Below, piece after piece: positions 1-12,107 of a DNA stretch of 64,000 bases (its first letter is position 1; each line of letters opens with the position of its first letter). The stretch spans positions 17,796,001-17,860,000 of the forward strand of contig CM075988.1 of the NCBI GenBank assembly GCA_038087875.1, read 5' to 3'. Source of the DNA: Malacoraja senta (taxonomy: Eukaryota). The notes under the pieces are model-generated. The model did no database searches and had not been told where the DNA came from. It worked only from the letters and a program-made list of their open reading frames with translations. The translations under genes and the position numbers were made by a program.

Positions 1-129
1 TTTCCATTTCTTTATGTTGTGATGTGAACCTTAATTTGTAATTCCTGTTCCAAAATTGCCTTAACGGTAAGGCAGATAGCAGATCAGTCTTTCTAAAATA
101 ACAGAAAGAGCAGAAACAAGAAATATGTT

Positions 130-1110
130 GGCTTACAAAAAAAAAAGACTGGAGTAACTCAGCCGGCCCTGCAGCCTCTCAGCAGAACATGGTAGGTGAC
201 GTTTCGAGTTGGGACCCTTCTTATGGTGGGGGAAAGAAAGATGAAAGAGTGGAGGGACAGGACAAAGCCTGGCAATGAATTGATGGATACGCGTGAAGGA
301 AGGGGAGGAGGCGGATTGTTCAGCAGATGGTTGGACATTGACCAGAGATGAAAAGACAGCAGGTGTGAGGCAAAAGGATTGAAGGATTGCGAATTCTGAA
401 GCTAGAGGAAGAAAAGTAAGGGGGGGAGGGGCAGTCCAGATGGAGCACAGGGGAGGGGGTGGGGAAGAAAGGAAGGAGGGGGGGGGGGGAATAAATGGGG
501 CGTGGTTGGTTTTGTAGTAGTTACCTAAAAGTGGGAAAATTCAACTTTCATATCATTGGGTTGAAAATACCCAAGTGAAATATGAGGCGCTGTTTCTCCT
601 TAAGCCCAAGCTTAGACGCGGCAACTGTTCCACCAAACACTTGTGTACGGTCCGCCAATGCGTACTGGATCACTCGGTTGCTAACCATTTTAATTCCTCT
701 TCCCGTTCCCATACTGACTATTCGCTCCTGGGCCAAATCTTAGGCAACTTCTAAAACCATCCCCATTCCCAGCCCTCTCCTCTGTGTCCCACTTGGACTT
801 GCACCTATTTCTCCCTTCCACTGATGTTCCATCCTCTAGCTTCACAACTTGCAATTCTTCAATCCTTCTGTTTCACACCACCTTTCTTTTCACCTCTGGC
901 TTTGCCAATCAAACCACCATCATTTGTGCTCACCTACTAGTTGCCAGGCTTTGACCTACCCCTCCTCCTCTCTTCCAGTTTTCTTTTCTTCACGCCTCCC
1001 CCATCCTCCACCAACACCACAATCATTCTGAAGGGTGCCAACTCAAAATGTTACTTATCCATGTTCTCCAGAGATGCTGCCTAACACTGAATCACTCCAG
1101 CATTTTATCT
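130..1110. mobile_element. Two degenerate Penelope-type terminal repeat fragments in opposite orientation (about 130-610 minus, 760-1110 plus)
   Basis: Both share the window's recurrent motif ...gaaggg...aaacgtcacc...ctccagagatgctgcc...ttactccagc, flanked by purine- or pyrimidine-rich tracts that are reverse complements of each other. Confidence 0.55.
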
Positions 1111-1679
1111 TTTTTGATTAATGGAACGAGCCTGCCAGACCAGAATGCAATTATGATTTTTAATTCTGACATTATGTATCTCGTTCCATACTACTACATT
1201 TATACTAATGATGAAAGAGGGGCAGTGCTAAACCATTACCAGCTTTGTAACTGGAATAAAGAGGAATATAATTATGGGGTGCATTAAAGAGTGCATTAGA
1301 GATCTTTGTACATTGCAGGAAGTCCTAGCCCAGTTCCTCCTGCTGGTGACTGTAGGAATAGCAGATAAGACGGGTGAATGTGTGAATCACTGCAACAGCT
1401 TCTGACCTGTCTGTACAAGCTGCATGGGTTACAACTGAACCAAAATGATGGATGGTATGGTTTACTTATGTATGGCATCATTTGCCTGAATAACGCGCAA
1501 ACAAAAGTTTTTCACTGTATCTTGGTACGTGACAATAAAGCAGTGCCAATCTGCGCAGGAATGTTTGCTGGTACTGTGGGACTTGGTAGAAATAGGCAAA
1601 GAATAGATGTGCAGTTGAGGGGGAGGTGCAGTCAAATAAACACCCACCACCATTTGTGTGTAAAAAAAAAGTCTTATTA

Positions 1680-2270
1680 AATCCTTCCCCCCCCCCCCCT
1701 CACAAACTTTTGCCTCTGGTTCTTGATTCCCTTACTCTGGGCAAAATACTGCATTTATCAGATCTATTCCTCTTGTGATTTTGTACGCCTCTATAAAGAT
1801 CACCCCTCATCCTCCTGCGCTCCAAGGAATAAAGTCCCTAGCTTGCTCAACCTATCCCTATAGCTCAGGCCCTTGTGTCCTGGCATCATCATCATAAATC
1901 TTTCTGCAATCTTTCCAACTTAAACATGGTGACCAAAATTAAACACAATACTCTAAATGTGGCCTCACCAATGTCTTATATAGCTGACCTCCCAACTTCT
2001 ATACTCAATACTCTGAAAGTATTTTTAACTCCCCTATCTAACCTGTGATGGCACTTTCAAGGAACTATGTATCTGCACTCCTAAATCCCTCTGCTCAACA
2101 ATACCTCCCCAAAGCCCTGCCATTCACTGTGTAGGTCCTTGTTAGCCTTACCAAATGCAACACCTCACATTTCTCTGTATTAAATTCCATCAAACATTCC
2201 TCAGCCCATCTGGCCAAACGATCAAGATTCTGCTGCAATTTTTGACAACCATCTTCACTGTCTACAATAC
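1680..2270 (-). mobile_element. CR1/HER1-like LINE, 3' ORF2 fragment
   Basis: The reverse complement encodes degenerate CR1 C-terminal motifs of the RPHLEYCVQFWSP and LERRRMRGDL type. The same sequence recurs throughout the window. Confidence 0.8.
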
Positions 2271-5200
2271 CACTTATTTGCTAATCGTTCAATCAATTAA
2301 ATTCCTTTATTGTCATCTTGCAAGCAACAGTTGTGCAGTGCAAAACGAAAAGACGTTTCCCAGGAATACCGGAGCATCGCACATGACGTTCAAACATTTC
2401 ACACATAATAATAACAACACTAAAACAATCCTGTCCCTTGTTAATGCCTTGTTAATCATGAGTAGTGTAGTTGATACTGTCCTCATGGACTTTGGTAAGT
2501 CCTTTGACAAAGCCCCCATGGGAGACTCATCATAAAAGTTAGAGATTGTGAGATCCCTAGCAACTTGGCAAATTGGATTCAAAATTGGTTTTGCGATTAG
2601 GATGTTGGTGGAGTATTGTTTTTGTAATTGGACCGATACTAGTGCATACCATAGAATCTGTGCTAGAATTCTTATATTAACTATTTGGATACGAACAAAT
2701 GGAGTAAGCTTGCAGATGACACAATCAATTTGTTTATTTTTCTTGTTCATTGTGAGGGTTAGTTTTGGGTTGCAGGTCAATATTGAGCAGTTGGTAAAAT
2801 GGACAGAACCATGGAAGATGGATTTTAATCTATTTAAATGCAAGATGATGCATTGAATGTTGAACAGTTTAGCACAAGAACTGGCCCTTTGGCCTACAAT
2901 GTCTGTGCTTAACATGATGCCAAGACTATAACATGTGCCGGAAGAATACCCATATCCCTCCTTTCCCTGCATATCCATATGCCTATCCAAAAGTCTTTTA
3001 AATGCCACTAACGTATCTGCTTCAAGCCCCACTCCCAGCAGCACGTTCCAGGCATTCTTGCCATCCGTGTAAAAGAAAGGGCTTGGCCAGCACATCTCCT
3101 TCAAACTTTGCCCCTCTCACCTTAGAACTCTGCCTTCTAGTATTTGATTTTTCCATCCAGGAAAAAAGATTCCGATCTATGGCTCTCATAATTTTATATA
3201 CTGACCAGTGACTAGAAATGCACGCAATACTCCAAATATGGCCTAACCAAATTCCTATAAACCAAAGTCCTATTTTCTGTTTTCATTTGAATGCTTCTGA
3301 TTTATGTATGGTCTGCCTAACAGAGTGAGTAATTTCTAACCATTCACCTCTACAATATTAATGTCTGTCAAGCTGCGCCTTGAGTCTTGAATGCATCTCT
3401 TCATCAGCCTCTTCTGCTCACTATTAATTGGTAGTTGGAATTGCATACACGGGAAGAATGTTTTAGTAGTTGGCTAACTGTGAAGATTTAGTTAGGATAC
3501 TTTACAGTAAACATGCAAACTTTTGTGGGATGTGTTACAGTTACTGCCAGTAATCTATGCTGGCTGACTGGAATTCAAGCAAATCAGAAGTCGGACAAAT
3601 CAGTAATTTGCAGAACAGTAAACAAGTACAAGGAGACGTGCAGATCAACAGCTTTCAATGTCACTGTTTATAAATATTTTTTTAAAGCTTTGTTTCCAAC
3701 AGTAAACACATTTTTTCCATCTTTTTTCTCCACCCTTTCAATTTACTAATTGTAAAATTAGAAATTCATACTGAAGCAGTTGAATTAATGCAACTCCTTG
3801 TAAGATAATATAGAATCTCAAAGGAGAGCATTGTGAGAAAACTAAGTTATTTCTCCAGGAGTGATAAGAGAAACACTTCTGAGAAAAGAATAACTTCATT
3901 TCTCCCACTGCTTTTGTTTGATTGGTTAAATGTGCCCTCGGAATGGGTCCCCTCTTCATTGGCATGTGATAAATGACCCGAAACGGCATAAATATGGATG
4001 TGCATTATAACTTATGAGTAAATTTATCAAATAAAACCACAGCCATCTGCAAGAGCTGTTCAACATGCAAGATACGGCTGAGTAATAAAATTGTGTTGCA
4101 TTTTTGTGTTGATTTGTCAGAATGGATTGTGGTATTTGAGGTCATTGAGGTACTGGAAGCAATGGGCACAGAATAGAATTACATTTACAACGAAGCACAC
4201 TTTAGTATCAATTGTTTTTGATTCTATGTAACTTGGATCATGAGTTGATGGGTAGTTGTGTGCTGCAACCTTAGGTAGATGAAAAGAATGAGCTGAAGTT
4301 ATTTGTATTACTTCTGTTTTAACATTGTGCAATGACTAGCATTTATTATTTGACATTGCATTGTTAAATGAGGCAATTTTTGTCAAAAATATTGTGCGAA
4401 ATAGAAGGTTGTGTCTCTACCATCAATTGGCTTTGTACAATAGGAACATCTATTATAGTATTTCCTTACTGATGAACATTGCAATTAAATCGGGAAAAAG
4501 TCAAATATTTGTATATTTGATCACAAAAATTGTCAAATTGCAAATTCACGAGTTTGTAATTATCATACCAGTGAATTATAGTCTCTACGAAGCTTGAAGA
4601 GTGCCTCGGTCAGGGCAGGGAAAGCTCAACTACAGGAGCTATCCTTGCCTCTGAAAGAGTCAATAGTAAGATATTGCAGCCTCCTATCACCTCAGTGAAC
4701 AGAAAATGCAGCTTTAATCTGGCTGAAGAAGCAAGTTCATGTGATTTGTCACCAGGTGCCAATAGACAATTGGAATGTATGGTTGTTTCCTAGTCAACTA
4801 CAGAAAAAGTATATTGGCATCTTGTGAAAGATTATGATAAAACATTCTGAATACTGCAGCTGCTCAATATATCTCTCCTTTCAGTTAAATGATAATAAAA
4901 CATTTAACATGAGATCCACGCTGTAAATATGTTTTATTATAACTTGTCTTCAATGATTATCAACTCCCCTCCCTGAGCTTTTGTCTAAATGACCATGTGC
5001 TATCCAATACCTTTTGTATGATCTAAGATATGTCTTTAAATAATTGAAGAAAATAAGAATAAGGAGACCATTCATGTTCTATTGTTCAAGATCTATATGG
5101 CCAACTCCAAATAAAATGCACTTTTAGAGCAAAAATGCTTCAATCTGACTAAAATGAAAAATTGAACATTTTATTGTGCTCATTTAATGTCATTATTATC

Positions 5201-6730
5201 TCTGCAGTTAACATTTAAATATGACATTAGAGCAGTTCACTTCCGCAATCAGTTATTTAGAAATGTTGTGACAGAATTGGAGCACTCCTTACAGAGTGAT
5301 GAGTTTAGAACCTTTTTTGAGGTGTTAGTTTTTGATAGACCCACTACGATGACCTCAAATATCAACTGTCTTTCTCTTTCCACTGATGTCGGCTGACTTA
5401 GCATTTTGAACAAGTTTTGCTTTTATCATAACTTACCTACTCTTTCTCTGTCTTCAGAAATCACCTATATCATTAGCAGTGCATTCATTGTATTCTTGTG
5501 TTGTGGCCAAAACTCTGCACAATACTGCCTTTAGCCTGTATTTCTCGTGGGTTTTTTAAATGATGCAATAACAACATTTAAAGGAAATGTGGACAAATAC
5601 ACCCACCCATAGGAAAGTTTTAGAGAGATGTGGGCAAATGGGACGAGCTTAGATGATGCACAATGGTTGGCAAAGATGAGTTTGGCTGAATTGTTTCTGT
5701 GCTCTATGACTATGATGCCCGTGTGTTTTCTCAGAATTGCCACTTGCTAGGTGTAAGTACGTCAGTAAACATGAATTTATCTCTGGTATACAGTTACCTC
5801 TGTCAACATGATAGTTGAATGAATAGAACTGTGCATTCAAATACGGTGGTAGCTGGCATATAAGGTCTAGTCAATTAAATTACATGGGTGACAACTGCAT
5901 AAATCATAGTAGTTAATTGATGCTGCAAGTTTTTTCTAAGACAACTCATGTATTTAACCTTGTTTAACAGACATTTTAATATTTCTCAACCACTTGGCCA
6001 TTTAAATGTGATGGGGGCCCTCAAGTTGAATTTCTGCTATCAGTCAAGACATCTTTTATAGTTGCTATTGTTTATGATCTGTATTTGGGTTTCTTTTCCT
6101 TTTGATAAATGAAATATATATATATTTTTTCCCCTGGCACAGTACATACAACGCAGAAAAGTCCAGCACAGGAAGGCCCATTAGACTGCAATGTCTGTGC
6201 CAATCATGTCGTCAAGATAAACTAATCTAATTGGCCTATTTTATGATGAAGGACTGATTTAATTTTAAAGTATATTACATTTGATTTGACTGTATTTGGC
6301 CTTTGATGTGAGTTTATTTTATCTTGCAATTAGAATTGTAACTGAGAATGTTTCAATAATGATCACTTGTATCAGGTACACCCCCTTGAATTAACTTTAT
6401 GCATTTATTTTAATTGGCTATTTTGTTATTTCATTCATTTGCGATTGGTTAAACCAATGATAAACTGTTTTGTATGCATGTTTCAAATATTTAATTGCAA
6501 GATAAAATATTTAATGAAATATTAAAATGGTTTTCATAATTTTGCACTTTACTTTCCATGTGCACGACGACCTCCTGTGTGTAACTTGGTATTAAACAGG
6601 GTGATATTTGAGAAACATTCAGGAAACTTGAATTTTATTTAACTAAGGTGGAATTCCACTACTAGTTTGAAAATCCAGTAATAAGAATTATCATTTCAGA
6701 TCTTTTCTTTACTCCGAATGTGTCTTCCAG

Positions 6731-6886
6731 TTTATGCCATTCGAGAGGCTGCTACCAACAACTTGACAAAACTGGTGGAGAAGTTTGGCAAAGATTGGGC
6801 CGAATCTACAATTGTGCCTAAAGTTCTCGCCATGGCCAGTGATCCCAACTATCTTCATAGAATGACCACCCCTTTTCTGCATTAAT
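6731..6886 (+). CDS. PPP2R1B: PP2A scaffold subunit A (beta-like), internal coding exon with an apparent +1 frameshift near its 3' end
   Basis: Acceptor ttccAG ends at 6730 and donor GTGAGT starts at 6887. Translates (V)[46 protein letters not shown], then LFCIN after skipping one C of the CCCC at 6869-6872. This is the HEAT-repeat sequence of PP2A A subunits. Confidence 0.95.
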
Positions 6887-7403
6887 GTGAGTATAATTCT
6901 GTTTTAAACTTTGAAAGTTCATATTTATTATTAATAAAGCATATAGTTAGACCGCAGTCCTAAGAGCAGAATTTAACAAAGGTATCATGGATTTGTTCAA
7001 AAAGTTCTTTTTTTCATTAATTGTCTGCTCATTGTGAATATTTACATTCTGCAAAAATTAAATATCGATTTAACATTCCATCCAAGGATATCCCTTCATG
7101 CAATGCCAGTGTAGAGTTGTGTCAAAATGATAAAGTATAGACTGTTAGTCTACAATCTTGGAGCATGACTAAATTAAGGAATCAAAGTTTTAATCTGTTT
7201 CCAACAAGTGCCTTACTTGGTCTTTCTTTCAGTGGAGCTTGATTTCTAGTTGCATTATCTTCATTAAAACATGCTGGTCATAAGAACCATTCCACCCGGC
7301 CCTGTTTTTCTGTGCCAGTATTTGTGTAAAGAAAATAATTGGTTTATAGGGATCTAAATATAAAACTGAGACCAATTTTATTATTTTAAAATTGCATAAA
7401 TTA

Positions 7404-7616
7404 CAGTGCATTCAAAGGGTCTGAATACTTATGTAAATGTGATATTTCAGTTATTTCTTTTTAATTACTTTGCAAAAATTTCTAAACACCTGTTTTCACT
7501 TTTTTATTATGGGGTATTGTGTGTAGATTGATGAATTTAATCAATTTTAGAATAAGGCTATAATGTAACAAAATGTGGAAAAAGTGATGTAGTCTGAATA
7601 TTTTCTGAATGCACTA
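7404..7616. mobile_element. Tc1/mariner DNA transposon remnant: one IR/DR arm plus a short opposite tip
   Basis: TA|CAGTGCATTCA ... TGAATGCACTA|TA, with an internal direct repeat GTCTGAATA near both ends of the arm. Confidence 0.85.
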
Positions 7617-8671
7617 TACATAACTTCGTAGTTAGATATTATATGAACCATTGACATTAAAACTCATGTTTCCAGATTCTAGGAAAGCATTGACATTTCC
7701 TTATTTGTTGATATATAGATCTGTTATCCTAGATAGATTTCATCTTTGAGAAGCATGCGCAAAATTTTATTTCCAAATCGTGTTTGTGAATGAATTAGTG
7801 TGTTGATGCCAATCCATGCAGAAAGTAGCAAAAGTATGGAATGGGCAGCCAAGGCAAATTATGAGAAGGGAAAGTACTAGAGTTTTTCAACATGAAACTG
7901 GCCCTTCGGCCCATCTTATCCACACCAACTGTGATACCTTTCAATACAACCACTCCATGCAAATGAACTAGCCACGTGGATCTCGTATCTTAAACCTATG
8001 TTTTCCAGCATCAGATTCCCCCACCCTAGGAGAAAGACTCTGCCATTCCAGTGGGAATAAACCCAGCCAGTCCAATCTCTCCTTTCAAGTAAAGCCCTCC
8101 ATTCAGGCAATATCCTGGTGAATCTCTTTCACGTTATTTTTCATGCTGCCACATCCTTACTGTACGTAACAGTACATCACAGTCCCTTCAGTCCACAATG
8201 TCTATGTCGAGCATGATGCCAACTCATATGTGACTGCACATAATGTATATCCCTCCATTCCTTGTATATCCATATGCTTATCCAAAAGTCTCTTAAATGT
8301 TACTAGCGTATCTGTCTCAACCACTCCTGGCAGCGTCATTCCCACCACCAGCTGTGTAAAAACAAACTTTCCCCGGCATCTCCTTGAAATGTGCCCTTTC
8401 ACCTTAAAGTTATGCTTTCTAGTCTTTGACATTTCCACCCTGGGACAAAAATATTCTGACTTACTCCCCTAACTATCCCCTCGTAATTTTATATACCTAC
8501 CGGATTTCCACTCTGCCTCAGACGCTCCAGAGTTTGTTCCACAATCCAAGTATGAAGAAGGGTCTCTACCTGAAACATCACCTTTCAATGTTCTCCACAG
8601 ATGCTGCCTGACCTACTGAGTTACTCCACCACTTTGTGTTCAAGTTTGCCCAACCTCGCACGGGCCCAAAT

Positions 8672-8875
8672 GGTGGCACAGTGGCGCAGCGGTAGAGTTG
8701 CTGCCTTACCGTGCTTAGAGTGCCAGAGACCCGGGTTTGATCCCGGGGATGCTGTCTGTAAGGAGTTTGTACGTTCTCCCCATGACCGCTTGGGTTTTCG
8801 CCGATATCTTCGGTTTCCTCCCACACTCCAAGGTTTGTAGGTTAATTGGCTTGATATAAAATGTAAATTGTCCCA
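8672..8875 (+). mobile_element. tRNA-derived V-SINE (HE1-like), 3' truncated
   Basis: A box GTGGCGCAGCGG, B-box-like GGTTTGATCCC and V-domain GGAGTTTGTACGTTCTCCCC...GGTTTCCTCCCACACTCCAA. Confidence 0.85.
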
Positions 8876-8884
8876 ACCCACGAT

Positions 8885-9100
8885 TTTTGGACTCCTATAC
8901 CTTTCTGAGGCAGCGCCTCATATAGATCCCTTTGATGGCAGTAGGTCAGTACCCATGATGGACCAGGCAGCATCCACCACTTTGTGTAATTTTCATTTAT
9001 GGGTGTTTGAGTTGCCGAACCATGTTGTGATGCAACCTGTCAATATACACTCTACTGTACACCTATAGAGGTATGAGAGTATTCTTCAACACACCAAATT
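8885..9100 (-). mobile_element. Rex1/Babar-type LINE ORF2 C-terminal fragment
   Basis: The minus strand reads ILSYLYRCTVECILTGCITTWFGNSNTHK*KLHKVVDAAWSIMGTDL, the FYRCTIESILTGCITAWYG-type (DUF1891-like) region of fish LINEs. Confidence 0.75.
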
Positions 9101-9104
9101 ATCA

Positions 9105-9790
9105 TATAAGTGTTCTCCACACTGATCTTACCGTTCTCCATTTCCTTCTCCTTGGTGAGTACAGATGCAAAGTACTTGTTTAGTACCTCGCCTACATCTT
9201 CTGCCTCGGAGCACAAATTTCATGGCGCCTGTTCGCCCTTCAAATTGCCTGTTTTGAGTTCTCTGCCATATCTTGCCTTCCTTCCTTCCTGGCCCTGTCT
9301 GATTTCATTATCTTACACCTTGCATGCACTTCCTTTTTCTTTTTGACCATGTTTACAACATCCTTTGATCATCCAGGGTTTCCCTACTTTGCCATTCTTA
9401 TCCCCCCTCCTACTGGAACATGCCGGTCGTCGATCAACTGGCCTTTAAACGACTCCCACGTGTCAGATGCTGACTTAATCAAAACAATTGCTTCCAATTT
9501 ACTCCCCCGTTCCTGCCAAAATACCATTTGAATCTGCCTTACTCCAATTTTGTACGTTCCCCCAGACTTGTCCCTATTCAAAGTATTCTTAAAATGTATG
9601 GTGTTGTGATCGTTATTCCCAAAATTCTAGTCCCTTTGATCAGGCTCATTTCACAACACAGGGTCAACAGTATAGTCTCTCCTTGAGTTGGACTATCCAC
9701 ATTCTGTTTTAGGAAACCCTCTTGGATATGCCTAATAAATTATGCTCCGTCTACGTCTTTAGCACTAAGTAGGTTCCAGTTAATATTTGG
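9105..9790 (-). mobile_element. CR1-like LINE internal ORF2 fragment (end of endonuclease and linker)
   Basis: Degenerate reading frames including WESFKGQL and DRHVPV. Reverse-complement similarity to the plus-strand fragment at about 47020-47480. Confidence 0.7.
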
Positions 9791-9994
9791 TGTGTAGGGT
9801 GCAAAAGTGGGATAACAGAGAATTAGTGTATGGTGATCGATAGTCGCCATGGACACGGTTGTCTGATTGGCCTGTTTCCACGTTACATCTTGATATGGGA
9901 AATGCTACTGGCCTAGCTGGGCGTCTTGGTCAGCATGTACAAACTGCTGGTGCCATTTTCCATGCTGTATCACTCTATGATCTTATTTTATTTC

Positions 9995-10283
9995 ATTTTA
10001 GTTTAGTGTGGTTACGGTGTGGTAACAGAACCTTCGGCCCACAGATTCCACACCGACCAGTGATCACCCGTACGCTAGTTTTATGTCCTACGCACAAGAG
10101 GCAATATACTGAAGCCAATTAACCTCCAAACCTGCACCTCTTTGGAATACGGGAGAAATGCATCCAGAGAAAACCCACATGGCCACAGGGAGAATGCACA
10201 AACTCCAACACCCATAGTCAGGATCGAACTGGGTCTTGGCGTAGTGAGACAACAGCTCTACTGCTGCGCCACTGTGCCACCCT
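9995..10283 (-). mobile_element. HE1-like V-SINE
   Basis: Reverse complement of the SINE head, V-domain and (CTAAA)n tail. Confidence 0.8.
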
Positions 10284-10391
10284 GTGTTAGTCCCAACATG
10301 GACTAAAGCCTCTGTGAGCATTGTACTGATCAGGTAGATGGTCTTTTTCAGTCCTTGTAAATTAAAAATGTGCCTGATTATACATTTTCAG

Positions 10392-10534
10392 GTGTTGTCC
10401 GAAGCCTGTGGCCAAGATATCACAGCAAAACAGATGTTGCCAACAGTTCTACAGATGGCAGGTGATCAAGTGGCAAATGTACGCTTCAATGTGGCTAAAT
10501 CATTGCAGAAAATAGGACCGGTTTTAGATGCTAA
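10392..10534 (+). CDS. PPP2R1B: PP2A scaffold subunit A (beta-like), coding exon, 143 nt
   Basis: Acceptor tttcAG ends at 10391 and donor GTAAGT starts at 10535. Translates [47 protein letters not shown](N). EACG, KQML and GDQVAN are beta-type residues. Confidence 0.97.
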
Positions 10535-12015
10535 GTAAGTATTGTGCATAATTATTATCTTAAATTAGTTGGGAATAGGAAAGAGAAATAGAGCATCCTA
10601 CTCAAAGTAAACAGGATAACTGATCTGTGGTCTCTAATTGCTTTTCTATGAACTAGAATGAATCCGTTAGCTAGACTGATTGGGACACCAGTCTATTCTT
10701 TATGGTGGTCCTTCTACAATGAGATTGTATTTTAGTTTCCACCCATATTAACAATTTATTCAACTTCCTACCTTTTTATATAGCTGTATTTTATCCCGAC
10801 AATCTCATAAATACCAAACCTCTCAATTTGTCCATATGAACATAGAAGAATGAACTACTGAGAGAAGTAATGCATTGATTTAAATTGTCCTATGTTCAAG
10901 GTAGCCTCCATAAATTCGGAAAGTGGCAAATCTAACTCCTTTAATTAAAAAATGAGGAACAGAAAGCAGGAAACTACTGGTCTGTTTACTTAATATCTAT
11001 GATCATGAGTATGTTAGCAACTGTAGCATAACATTCCAACTTATACACTCAATACCCTGACTGATGAAGGCCAATGTGCTAAAAGCCTTCTTGACCACCC
11101 TATGACCCCATTTTCAAGACATTGCACCTGCACTCCTGGATCCCTCTGCTGTGCAACACCTTCCAGAGCCCTGCCATTCACCGAGTAGGTCTTGCCCTGG
11201 TTACACTTCCCAAAATGCAATGCACTTATCTGCATTAAACTCCATTAACCGTTCCTCAGCCCACGTGCAGGCGTAGAATTGAAACAGGTCTTTCAGCTCA
11301 CCCCATCTGAGCCAAGATAGACACAGAATGCTGGAGCAACTCGGCCGGGACAGGCAGCATCTCTGGATAGAAGGAATGGTTTAAACCAGCATCTGCAGTT
11401 CCTTCCTACATCATTCTTTCTATATTAATCCCACTTACCTGCATTAATACTATTTCCCTCTATTTCCTGCTCATTCAAGTACCTGCCCAGGTGCTGCTTA
11501 AATGATGCTACAGTGCCTGCCTCCAGCACATTCCACATAATAATTCCAACACTGTATGAACAAATTACCCCACAGTTCCCCTTTAACCCTCTGGTCTTAA
11601 GTCAATGAAGTACAAATTGTACTTCAGTAGTGAGAGCCACAGGAGGTGATTTTAACTAATACCTTTCATAAAACTGCTTTTGTGATTAAATTTGAAATTA
11701 TGCATCGACCAGTTTCTATTTACCACACAAAGGAGGTGTATCCACTTCTGCCCATTCCCTTCAATCTGGTTTAAATTAACTATGCAAGTGTCTTTCTATT
11801 TCCACCCATGAGCCCAAATGAGCTACGTTGTAGTTTGCCTCTGTACTGCCTGGTTAGTTGTTCTAGCCCTTATCAGGCTAGTGAAAATGGGAGGTTAACT
11901 GAGAGGGAGAAAGGCAGATTCTAAGCTCAATGATATCCAGTGTAATTTGGGGTTTAGGAGTGCTACTGTTAGGTTTTCCAATGTTCACAGGATTTAAAAT
12001 TGCTTTAAATTACAG

Positions 12016-12107
12016 CACTTTACAGACTGAAGTCAAACCAATATTGGAAAAACTGAGTCAGGACCAAGATATGGATGTGAAGTATTTTGCCCAGGAAGCT
12101 ATAACTG
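12016..12107 (+). CDS. PPP2R1B: PP2A scaffold subunit A (beta-like), penultimate coding exon, 92 nt
   Basis: Acceptor tacAG ends at 12015 and donor GTAAGT starts at 12108. Translates [30 protein letters not shown]. Splice phases fit both neighbouring exons. Confidence 0.97.

Noticed and set aside
2313..3104. Longest ORF in the track (263 aa, minus strand)
   Set aside because: It is a chance read-through across several CR1 and other repeat fragments in mixed orientation, with no coherent domain.
6243..6345. Possible intronic C/D snoRNA (ATGATGA...CTGA)
   Set aside because: Weak terminal stem, no recognisable antisense guide, and such boxes are expected by chance in AT-rich introns.
1..6730. 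Upstream PP2A-A exon of the [20 protein letters not shown] type
   Set aside because: Not found by eye; it presumably lies before the window start.
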